Below are positions 25,006-35,166 of a stretch of 64,000 nt of DNA, in pieces. Location of the stretch: NCBI GenBank assembly GCA_965112735.1, contig OZ218958.1:1302001-1366000 (forward strand), read 5' to 3'. A program made the position numbers and the translations under genes. This DNA is from Phaeosaccion multiseriatum. Lineage: Eukaryota; Protista; Ochrophyta, other classes. The notes under the pieces were generated by a model. It was not told the origin of the DNA. It searched no databases and worked only from the letters and a program-made list of their open reading frames with translations. Positions within the stretch are counted from its first letter, which is position 1, and the number at the start of each line of letters is the position of its first letter.

Positions 25006-27224
25006 TCTCTGTTGTGCTGTACGCTGCCTTCGCTGCACTCTCTGCAGCGCTCTTGCGGCGCTGTCTGCCGCTCTGTCCGACACACTGCCTGCTGGGGCTC
25101 TGCCGGCTGTGGCTCTGCCGGCTGTGGCTCTGCCCTCTGCTGCTGCTGTGCTGCTGTTGGACACATCTGTGTCTCTGCTGGCTCTGCCTGCTGTCGCTCC
25201 CGCTGTGCGGCTGGCTCTGCCTGCCTCGTCTCTCTCTGAGCTGCCGGCTCTTCCTGCCGCTGCTCTGTTGTCGGACACCTCTGTGTCTCTGCTGGCTCTG
25301 CCTGCTGTCGCTCCCGCTGTGCGACTGGCTCTGCCTGTCTGCTGTCTTTACCCCTCTCGGGAGTGGGTCCGTCCCTGCACGACGCTGCATATACTCTCCC
25401 GCCCGGCAGCGGAGTGTCCAATGCTACCTGCTGTGCCACGGTAGACTTTCTCGTCGGTGCCACTGCCTCTACGTGCCGGTCTGCTTGCACTACTTCTGTC
25501 TGCTTCTCCGCCCGCGCTGCCTGCTGCTGTTCGCGCTGCTCTACCGGTTCTGCCTGCGGCTTCTCCGTCTGCACCGCCGGCTGCCGTACTTGCTTTTCTA
25601 CCGGTTCTGCCTGCACCAGCTGCTCCGTGCTTTCCCCAATTCTCTCTCTCTCCGTAGGACTCAGGTCAGTCCCCACAAGCCCACGGCTTGCTCCTACCCC
25701 TACCGAGTTTTCTACTCCTGGGTATGTCTGGACGGCCTCTGCTGCCATCGACTCTGTTTGCCCCGGCTCTCGCTGCCGTGGCTCTACGTGCTGCTCCTCA
25801 GACAGTTGCGGCTCTGTCTGCTCAGACTCTGCACGCACTGGTTGCTGCTCTGCCTCTTCCGGCTCGGCACGCTCTGGTTGCTGCTCTGCCTCCTCCGGCT
25901 CTGCACACGCTAGTTGCTGCTTTGCCTCCTCCGGCTCTGCACGCTCTAGTTGCTGCTTTGCCTCTTCCGGCTCTGCACACGCTAGTTGCTGCTTTGCCTC
26001 CTCCGGCTCTGCACGCTCTAGTTGCTGCTTTGCCTCTTCCGGCTCTGCACACGCTAGTTGCTGCTTTGCCTCTTCCGGCTCTGTACGCAACCCTCTCTCT
26101 TCATTAGTAAGGGGCCCTCCCTCACTATCAGGACTGATCCTACGAATATCGACCGACACTTCCGTTCCACCATCCGTCCTATCTTCTTCTGGCTCCGGCA
26201 TACCATTTTCCCGTATGCCCAGCCTAAGACTACTAACGCAGCCTTCGATGTGGGATGCACCCTCATCACCGGGACAGGTATTACGTGTGTCAGCAAACAC
26301 ATCCGTTCCACCATCCGTCCTATCTTCTTCTGGCTCCGGCATACCATTTTCCCGTATGCCCAGCCTAAAACTACTAACGCAGCCTTCGATGTGGGATGCA
26401 CCCTCATCACCGGGACAGGTATTACGTGTGTCAGCAAACACATCCGTTCCACCATCCGCCCCCACCAGTACCCTACCATATTGCCTGTCAGACATCTTGG
26501 TTCTACCAGGGTCACTAGTATTTGCTATCTGCGCTTCCTTCGAGCTTCTCGCTCCGGCCTCGACCGCCCATGAAGCCTTCTCAGACCTCCGCCTCGCGAA
26601 GTCCTCCCAAGCCGCTACCTTCTTTCCAAAGGCCGCTATTTCACTGCAGTAGGCCGCTATTTCACTACAGTCTTCGACGTTTCCATAGTTCTCTACTTCT
26701 ATATAGCGCTCCCTCACTTTCTTCATGAGAGATTGTGCCTTCTCCAACTCTGTCCAGGCTGCCAATTCCTCTGTCAATAGCTCCAGTTCTTTCGCGTAAG
26801 CAGCTAACTGCCGCTCCGATTCGCTTTCATTGTCAGGAACGGCTGTCTCTACAACTGTTCCTTCTTTCAGCTCGGAAGAGAAGGTTTGCACCTTTGACTT
26901 GTAGCTCAAACAAATCAGAGAGCTGCTGCTACCGCTGCTGCCCCCCGTGCTGCCTCCCCCTCCCGCTATGGTGCCGCCACTGCTTGACGCACCTCCGGGG
27001 CCTCCTGCCCCTGACACAACAGAGCTTCCCGCTGCTGATCCTGTGTCTAACTTGGCCAATAAGTTGGTCAGGTTTGCTATCTGCTGCTGCTGCTGCTGCA
27101 TTAGCATAAACATGTCTTGTTGAGAAGGTGGATCCCCTCCACCTACTCCTGGACTAGAGATATCAGGGAACGCATCGTCCCCATCCCCGTCCTGCTCTGT
27201 CCCACTAGCATGCCCCCCAGGCAT
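24981..27224 (-). CDS. 747-aa gag-like / coiled-coil ORF with internal 47-aa and 13-aa repeats
   Basis: Open ATG frame just inside the minus-strand LTR; QQQQQQIANLTNLL, coiled coil, 141-bp and 39-bp tandem repeats (EPEEAKQQLACA); the stop lies within the opposite LTR copy. Confidence 0.55.
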   Translation of the reverse strand: MPGGHASGTEQDGDGDDAFPDISSPGVGGGDPPSQQDMFMLMQQQQQQIANLTNLLAKLDTGSAAGSSVVSGAGGPGGASSSGGTIAGGGGSTGGSSGSSSSLICLSYKSKVQTFSSELKEGTVVETAVPDNESESERQLAAYAKELELLTEELAAWTELEKAQSLMKKVRERYIEVENYGNVEDCSEIAAYCSEIAAFGKKVAAWEDFARRRSEKASWAVEAGARSSKEAQIANTSDPGRTKMSDRQYGRVLVGADGGTDVFADTRNTCPGDEGASHIEGCVSSFRLGIRENGMPEPEEDRTDGGTDVFADTRNTCPGDEGASHIEGCVSSLRLGIRENGMPEPEEDRTDGGTEVSVDIRRISPDSEGGPLTNEERGLRTEPEEAKQQLACAEPEEAKQQLERAEPEEAKQQLACAEPEEAKQQLERAEPEEAKQQLACAEPEEAEQQPERAEPEEAEQQPVRAESEQTEPQLSEEQHVEPRQREPGQTESMAAEAVQTYPGVENSVGVGASRGLVGTDLSPTERERIGESTEQLVQAEPVEKQVRQPAVQTEKPQAEPVEQREQQQAARAEKQTEVVQADRHVEAVAPTRKSTVAQQVALDTPLPGGRVYAASCRDGPTPERGKDSRQAEPVAQRERQQAEPAETQRCPTTEQRQEEPAAQRETRQAEPAAQRERQQAEPAETQMCPTAAQQQQRAEPQPAEPQPAEPQQAVCRTERQTAPQERCRECSEGSVQHNRDCDVPPAL

Positions 27225-27341
27225 GGGTACCGCAAGACAGCACTACGTCTCCTGTTGATTTACACTCACTTCGTTTTCTGCCGCTGAACAATTAAATTGC
27301 GGAACCAGCTAGCTGTAAAGATGTTCGCGACAATTGTCGTG

Positions 27342-27521
27342 TTGCGATGTCCCTCCCGCACTATGATACGTAAGCTGTTGTGTGTGTCAACTAATATATA
27401 TTGCCCTTAACAGAACCATAAACGTAGTACGAGGCCCAGAGCCCCAGAGTTGAAGATCCCAAGTGTGGACGTTATCAATATTGGGCATCCCACAGACCCC
27501 AATAATGATCATATCACAACA
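27342..27521 (-). repeat. LTR segment on the minus strand, upstream of the gag-like ORF
   Basis: Reverse complement of 24826-25005. Confidence 0.9.
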
Positions 27522-27632
27522 GCGGATCGCCCCGTGTGGCGTTAAGTGCCATCTACGGCCAAACCGTTGCTGACATATTTTTCAGTGCCCCTGCCGCACT
27601 TTGGAAAGCATGAGCGAAGCCGCAGCCGGCAG

Positions 27633-27678
<46 letters not shown>

Positions 27679-27852
27679 CAGCAGTAGCAGCAGCGGCGGC
27701 AGCAGCAGCAGCAGTAGTAGTAGTTTTTTTGGTGTTCACATTAGTAAAAGGTGCGGCAGAGCATCGAGCAGCCTTGGCCTTCATCATTGCCTTTTTCCCT
27801 TTCCCCCAAAAACCTGGAACCAGGCTCGCCTCAGAACCCTGTCAGGGGCCGA

Positions 27853-29324
27853 GGGCGAGACACAATCTGAGGGTGAAGAAGCAGACTTAGGCGAAGAGGG
27901 TGATGTTGGGGCCGAAGTGATACACCCTGGGGTGGGTGCGGAAGGGTGCGACGCGGCTGCAGGGCAGCAGAGGACCGCAGATGGACCAACCTCTGATAGC
28001 GAGACAGACCCAGGGGGGGGGAGTGACGAAGACCCAGAGGGTGAAAGTGACGAAGACCCAGATGGTGGAAGTGACGAAGACCCAGAGGGTGAGCATGACG
28101 TGGAACCAGGCGGTGATGACGATGATGAGGGCGGCCGGCCACGCTGGCGGACAGAGGAAACCAAGATGTTGGACGAGGGAGGACCCTCCATTCCACACAG
28201 CCGACACGGGGAGAGGCGAGGCGCCCAGAAGCGCTATACCAAGCTCCTCACGTCGAAGGCGAGGGCAGACTTCTTGGAACGCCTGAAAGCGATCCCACAG
28301 CAAGACGAACGGGAGAAGTGCCTGGCCAGAGCCCTCAGCCACAGTGTGAAGGGTGCTGGTGCGTGGCTCCATCTTCAGCCGACCAAGAAGGCAGGGGGAG
28401 CACTCCACCTCACGGACGCCGAGCACAAGAGTGCCATTCGGAGAAGACTTGGCATCGACCCCACCTACAGCAAGGACTGTCATAAGTGCCCTGGCAAGGC
28501 GCTGACGGAGGGGCACATCATCACCTGCACGAAGACGGGGCTCAGCACACCCCAACACGACGCTGTGCAGAAGGCACTTGTCGCCCTGCTGAAGAGCGAG
28601 GGCCTGGGCAGAGGGATAGTCCAGAACACCAGCTTCCCCTTCTTCATGAGGGCAAGAACGGTCACCCCGCGACGAGGGAGAGGGGGGAGCAACGCCGTGA
28701 GGGGTGACGCCCACGTGGCCAAGCAGATGGAGATGGACATCGTGACTCCCCCCAGGATGTTTGAGCTTCCATCCGATCATGAATATGGGGACGGCCACAA
28801 GTCCCTCATGATTCATGATCGACGTCACGCTCACGGATGCCACCAACATTACCAATCGGGCCAAGGCATCGAAGGAGGCACTCGCGGCAGCCAAGAAGGC
28901 TGAAGCAACCAAGCGCACCAGGTATGGTGTGCCACATGGAGGCATGGAGGGCCAGGGTGGAGACATCCACTATGACCCCACGAGGTATCATCTCGTCCCT
29001 TTTGGGATGGAGCAGCAAGATGCATTTGGTCCGTCAGCACAGATGTTTATCAAAACACTCGCCACCCACATGGCTGGGGGGCACGAACATCTGGACATGA
29101 GAGCTTATGCGCGGGCTGTTTGCGTCATTCGACGGCGTCTAGCCGTTGCGCTCCAGCGGGCTCGATATGATAGATCGATTCGCCATAGGATCCTGGCTGG
29201 CATCAACTTTATGCCAATCGGGAGAACTAACGCATCGGAGGGATACGACCTCGGGGACTAAGTTCCCTGGGGCGGTGAGACATTACTTTCAGACAATCAT
29301 AGATGGCACTTAAGGGGAAAAAAA
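27853..29324 (+). mobile_element. 5'-truncated RLE-type (CRE/R2-like) non-LTR retrotransposon, no RT
   Basis: GAGAWL, RRRLG, CCHC knuckle (CHKC..GHIITC), HDAV, MDIV, IDVT, KRTRY, LVPFGME..FGPSA, RRRLAVALQR. Frameshift from a 7-bp duplication tcatgat-tcatgat at ~28806. Confidence 0.85.
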
Positions 29325-30402
29325 CGAAACCTTAAACCTTATCCTCCTCCTCCGCCGAGTCTTTCCACATCCTGCACTCGCCATTTGTGAGTCCCTCCTA
29401 CTCTCCTCCACTCTCCCTTCTTCTCCCACTTCTTGCCAATCCCAAACCCTCTTCTCTCCTCCTCCTTCTCCGGGCCGAGGGCGCAGCCCGAAGGGCCACC
29501 TTGTATAATTATAAAATTTATAGCAGACTTGAGACTTGATGGAACCTCGCCTCCGCACAGAGACCCTCCAAACAAGGTCAGAAGGGCTCTCTTCCTTTCT
29601 TTTCTTCTTTACTTGTCTTTACTCAGCGGCCAGGGGCGGAAGTCACAGATGCACACCGTATCACAATCGTTTTGTCACTGTAGAATTTGCGTACCCCCGG
29701 ATGAAGGTTCGAGACTCAGCCGGCAGCACGCCCGAAGATGCGGAGCCCAAGCCACACCTGCGGCAGAGGAGAGGAACGCAGGAGATAACAGCATCAGGAT
29801 AGATAAAGGACGAAGAAGAAACAAAATGGTACGAAGATGTGGAAAGGAAAAGTTGGGTGAGCGAGTCGTGGTGCAACAAGTCAAGCAATGGGAAATCCGG
29901 GGAGAGACGTCATGAGAAGGAGCCGAGGCCCGCGCATTTGCGATTCCCGGACGGTCTTGTCTATGGGCAATTGAAAGGAGCTGTCTGTGCTGACAGCTGT
30001 TTCATGACTCGCTCCTTTTGCTATGGCCATAGTACAACGCACCCTCCCCCCCATCCTCCTTCTCGTTCCTTCATCCCTCTCCTTGTAGCCACTCCCCTGC
30101 TTCCTTCAAGGGGGAAGGTCATCGCGCTAAAGTTGTCCGTGGCCTCTGGCACTGACCTGACCTAGCCACGCTCTCACCACCGTTTCTACCATGCATGCTT
30201 GCTCACACTCGCCCCTGGCTGTCTCATGCATGGCAATCTCTGCCTCCTGTTGCTCGCTACAAGCAGGCCTTCTTGAGCTCCTGAAGGTTCTTCTCTGTCT
30301 GGCGAGTCTCTGACCTTCTTGAATCCCTCTCCCTTTCCCTGCTGTTCCTGCCCCGCCCACTCCCTTCGTTTCATCTACCACGTCTCCGGCCCTTTGAACA
30401 AT

Positions 30403-33400
30403 ATGAAGCCATCTTGTTGGCGGGGGGGGCTGCCGCTGGCGCTGTTGGCGCTCATCGGAGAGCACTTTCTTCAGGTCCAAGGCCAAACAGGTTAGTAGAA
30501 GGTTTGCTCGACATGCTCCTTCCTCAACCCAAGTGAGCGTATAGGCAAGTGGACGCCATGACTGTAGTCGTCGCTTAGCTAACCGAGTTTCCTTCTCGGT
30601 TGGTGTTCGTGATTCCTTACCACGCACCCTCCCCACTTTTGCATGTCCATCTGGCGCGCAACTAGGCTTGAGCACTGCGTGTACGTCATACGACTCCAAC
30701 ACGAAGACATGCACGTGCGCCTCTACTACTTCTGGCCAAGTGAACTGTTCCTTTTCCAATACTTGCGAGGTGCGTGTGCAGGCCGATGTCCCCCGACTTC
30801 TCTCCAGCGATCCGTGGGCCCTGCATACCGCTTCTTGTTGACTCGCTGTGTCCTCCATCCCGACTCTTGACTTCTCTGCTGATGCATTCTAAGTGCTAGG
30901 GCTCAGTGAGTCTTCGCAAACAGCTGTACGTGAGTTAAGTGAAGCCCTCTGACGCCCGTCTCCTTGCCTCTTGCTGGTGCTACCTCTGCCTTGCCGTTGG
31001 CACCTGCTGCGCCTTTCTACACTGTCCGGCCGGGCTCTTCGCTGCTCTTGTTGGGTATCGCGCATGGGGGTCGGACCATTTCCTCCACGCGTACCCGCGT
31101 GTCTCTTCCTCGCCTCCACAGGGCATCACCTTCATTGTAAGTGCTTGACTTGCATCATCTCTGTTGTGGCAAGCACTCTCCTTGCCATTTGTTGGGTGTT
31201 AGCCTGCCCGAAAAGACCCACCAAAATCCTAACACCCTACTGCTGCCCTTTGCTTGTTGTCTTGCTGTGCTCATCTCTATCGTCGTGTGGGGCTGCTGGC
31301 TCCCACGCCTTCGACCCTCCTCGCTCGGTTCTGCTCACCTGTCGTGAAGAGTTGCGCCGTGACGTGCGCCGACATTGAAGTCTGCAAAGTGAGTAACGAA
31401 TTGTATTGGAGCAGCTGCTGCCCGCTCATCAGTTGGTCCAGCTCCAGCCAGCTCTCTCGCGGCCTGTCCGATTGGATGTGTGTCGTACCCTCCTGTGGCG
31501 CAGGTGCAGGGCAGGGCCCACACGTTAAGCCATCGCCCCCTCTCCTGATGTCCCCCCTGAGCCCCTCTGCTGCCCTGCCGTATGCCCTCTTTTCACGCCT
31601 GTACTCACCCCGCTCTCCTACTAAAACCATGCTCTCCCCCCCCCTGCTCCCTTCAAACCACAGGACGCCACGTTCGAAGGCAAATCGACCGCAGCATGCT
31701 CTGCAATTAGCTCATGCGAGGCGAGTGTTCAGCCAATCCATACCCGCTCTCCTACCCTGGCCGGCTCCGTAAGCCTTGCCGACCCTCATGACTTTCGTTG
31801 CACGCGTGGCGACGCACACCTCAAGCCTCCCCCCCCCCCGTCTTGGTCCTCTACTGCTTCCTGCTCTCTTCTCTCGTCCACACCCACCCTGCTCCCCTCA
31901 AACCACAGGAGGCCACGTTCGAAGGCGAATCGACCGCAGCATGCTCTACAACGTTCTCATGTGGTGTGAGTGGTCACCTGACCAGTATCCGCTCCTGCTG
32001 CCTGGCCGGCTCCTTAAGCCTTGCCTTGCTTACTCTGACCTTCCGCTGCACGCATGACGGCGCACGCCTCGAGCCTTCACCCTCTCCTGACCTCCCCCCT
32101 GTGCCCTTCTGCTGGTTCCTGCTCTGTTCTCTCGTCCACACCCCACCCTGCTCCCTTCGAACTATAGAGGGCCACGTTCGAAGGCGAATCGAGCGCAGCA
32201 TGCTCCAATAGTTTATCGTGTGAGGTGTGTACTCAGTCACAGCCAGCCCAAGTCCACGGTGCACGGCTGAGCGAATGTGTGTCTTACTTCTCTTACCGGA
32301 CCGCTGCACGGCCCAAACCTCAAGCTTGGCTCCTCAGCTGGCTGACATCCCCCCCCCTGTGTGCCCTTCTGCTGGTTCCTGCTCTGTTCTCTCGTCTACA
32401 CCCCACCCTGCCCCCCTCGAACCATAGAGGGCCATGTTCGGAGGCGAATCGAGTGCAGCATGCTCTGATAGTCGATCGTGTGAGGTGTGTACTCAGTCAC
32501 AGCCCAAGTCCACGGTGCACGGCTGAGCGAATGTGTGTCTTACTTCTCTTAGCGGACCGCTGCACGGCGCAAACCTCAAGCTTGGCTCCTCGGCTGGTTG
32601 ACCTGCCCCCTGTGCCCCTCTGCTTGCCTTCCTGCTCTCTCAATGCGAAAACGCAGGATGCCGTGTTTAAGGAAAAGTCTGTCGCTACGTGCAACGTGGA
32701 CAGAAGCTGCCTTAATATCCAGGTGTGTGTGTCTGAAGAGCGGCCAGCAAAGGCACTGGGTCTGGGCCAACCCGTGCAAGGGGAAGGTAGAGGAGACAGT
32801 GCGTGTACACACACTGTGATAAACGTGGTGAGATGACGAATGACAACCCGCACCTGTCTCGCACGCTCTCTCACTGTGGCCAACAGATACCAGATGCTGT
32901 TGACGATGATGGTACACCATACACGTCATGCTGCACTGGCGGCTTTTGGTGAGTGGTAATGGCAGGCAAAGCGCACTTGAGGGGTGCATTTTCACCCGGG
33001 CCCAGCCAAGGCGTGGAGGAGCGAGCTCTACGCAGGACATTTCGCTTTTGCTCCGCCGCACACTTTCCCACTTCTTCCTCCCCCCCCTTGCCCCTCTCTT
33101 TGTGCGTCGACACTCCCGTGTTGCCGTACGGTTGTGAACTTCCCTTTCACGGTCAACACCGCCCATGCAACCATCTTCAACACCAACAGCCCCACCTCGG
33201 ACTTTTCTGGGACAGAGGTCAGAGGATGTGTAGGTAAGAGCGAATTGAAGTGTAGGAAGGACCTTGTCGCTCCCATACTTTGCTGCTTTTCAAGTAGCGG
33301 TCGGATTTTTTTGCTCGTCACTGTCCACTCTTGGCCCTCTAGTCTGACAGAAATAATTCTCTCGTACGCTCACCTTGCGTGTACCACTCGGTCGGTCGCC

Positions 33401-35117
33401 CCCCGCCCTCCTGCCATTGCGTGCGCTTCGTGCGGCGGTGACGGCCCTCCTGATGAAGACAACGACAATGACGGCGTTTTTGACCATCTCGACAAGTGAG
33501 TGCTTCCAGTCCTATGCATGTTGGACCGTCGCGTGCGTGTGGATGTGCTGCGTGGCCTGGGTGTGGCCTGCCCCCCAGCAGTGCATCTCTCTCTCAATGG
33601 CCTGCATCAGTCCCTGCTTGTTGTGTTTGCCCTTGTGTGTGTGTGTATGCACCCCACGGGCGCGCTTCTCTCTGTCTGGTATTTGGTTTTGGCGTAGCTA
33701 GTCAAATTTGAAATGCAAGTGCTGGACCGCTCGCTGATTGCCAGTTCACCTTATTGGTATTAGTAGGAGACCGGGCCATGCTCACAGACTTGTGTCCTTG
33801 CCGCTCCCTACACCTTCATACCTCCCTCTTCACGCTTTGCTGCACAGCTGCCCTCAGATAGCCAACCCCTTGCAGATTGAAGTTGAAGGGGGGGACGCGT
33901 GTCAAGGTGAGAGAGGGGCTGACCGGTGACTTTGCGGCTGGAAGGGAAACTTGCAAGGAGGGGTCGACCCCCTAGCTAGGGAGGGGCTCTGCCATGTGCT
34001 GAGCTCAGCCCTGCGGGTGGGCAAGCTAAACCTTCCTCAGCCACGTCGCTGATGCGTGTGACACTCCGAGGTCAGATGATACTGTCTGCTGCTCTGCTGG
34101 TCGGCGGCGCGGTGTGCAACTCATCCCCTAACTTGCCGTCATGGTCATGCGCTGGGTTGTGTGCCTCCTTCTCATCCAGACACCGACGGAGACGAGATTG
34201 TGGACACGGAGGACAAGTGAGTGGACGTGGGAGGGCACCTGGCTGTATATATATGTATATGAGTATGTTTGTGCGTATTGAGTCAGGGTTGACAAAAGTA
34301 TGCGCATGGGCCTGTGCGCCCCCCCCCGAGTGAAGTCTGTCGTGTTATTGCTTGGTGTTGGCTCAGTACCCCCCACTGCTTAACGTGAATTCCTGATTGC
34401 CGTGTCACTTTGTTGGCATTGGTAGGAGACCGGGCCATGCTAACAGACTTGTGTCCTTTGCCCACCCCTACTACCCCCCCATTCCTCCCTCTCCACGCTT
34501 TTCTCGGCACAGCTGCCCTGAGCAAATTACCACCGGCCAGGAGGATGCCGATAATGACGGAGTAGGAGACGCCTGTGACAAGTAAGGAGTCGGGCTTTAT
34601 AAAGAGTGTGTATGACATGTGTGTAAAATGTAACCCTCCGGGTTTACTCTTTCTTGTCTTTGTATTAGTTCAAAGCCCCCCACCGCTTCAATTGAAATGC
34701 AAAAGCTGGACCGCTCGCTGATTGCCGTGTCACCTTGAGGAGACCGGCTGGGCCATGCTCACAGACTTGTGTCCTTGCCTTATCCCTACCCCTTCATCCC
34801 TTACTCTCCACGCTTTGCTCTGCACAGCTGCCCTCAGATAGCCAACCCCTCCCAGGAGGATGCCGATAGTGACGGAGTAGGAGACGGCTGTGACAAGTAA
34901 GAAGTCAGGCTTTACAAAGAGTGTGTATGACATGTGTGTACTCCCCCCTGGGTTTACTCTGTCTGGTCATTTGTGTTGTTGGCTCTAACCCCCCCCACTA
35001 CTTCACTTCAAATGAAAGCCCTGCATCGTTCGCTTATCGCCGTGTCACTTTGTTGGCATTGGGAGACCGGGCCATGCTCACAGACGTGGGAGGGCACCTG
35101 CCTGTGTGTGTGCATGT

Positions 35118-35166
<49 letters not shown>

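Larger units (their letters stand above)
20604..27852 (-). mobile_element. Degenerate TIR DNA transposon with P-element-like DDE transposase and C-terminal PHD finger, carrying nested insertions
   Basis: Termini tcggcccctgaca..ggttctgag (20604) and ctcagaaccctgtcaggggccga (27852). Minus-strand fragments in order: FTVQHDGTVIKRG, KLASEIVAFMG, Cys cluster, IFADAVHLVKSFR (DxxH), KNQNKLSI, then CVVC..MLPCD..CGGEYHLGCLTPPLTEVPEGDWF (PHD). Several frameshifts. Confidence 0.7.

Noticed and set aside
25363-26652. 429-aa Cys/Ser-rich + strand ORF
   Set aside because: Antisense shadow of the repetitive 747-aa minus-strand ORF.
24826-27521. Ginger or DIRS element suggested by TGT..ACA inverted ends
   Set aside because: No integrase or recombinase, immediate flanks differ (GGGG vs GCGG), and a PPT plus Copia RNase H precede the left copy.
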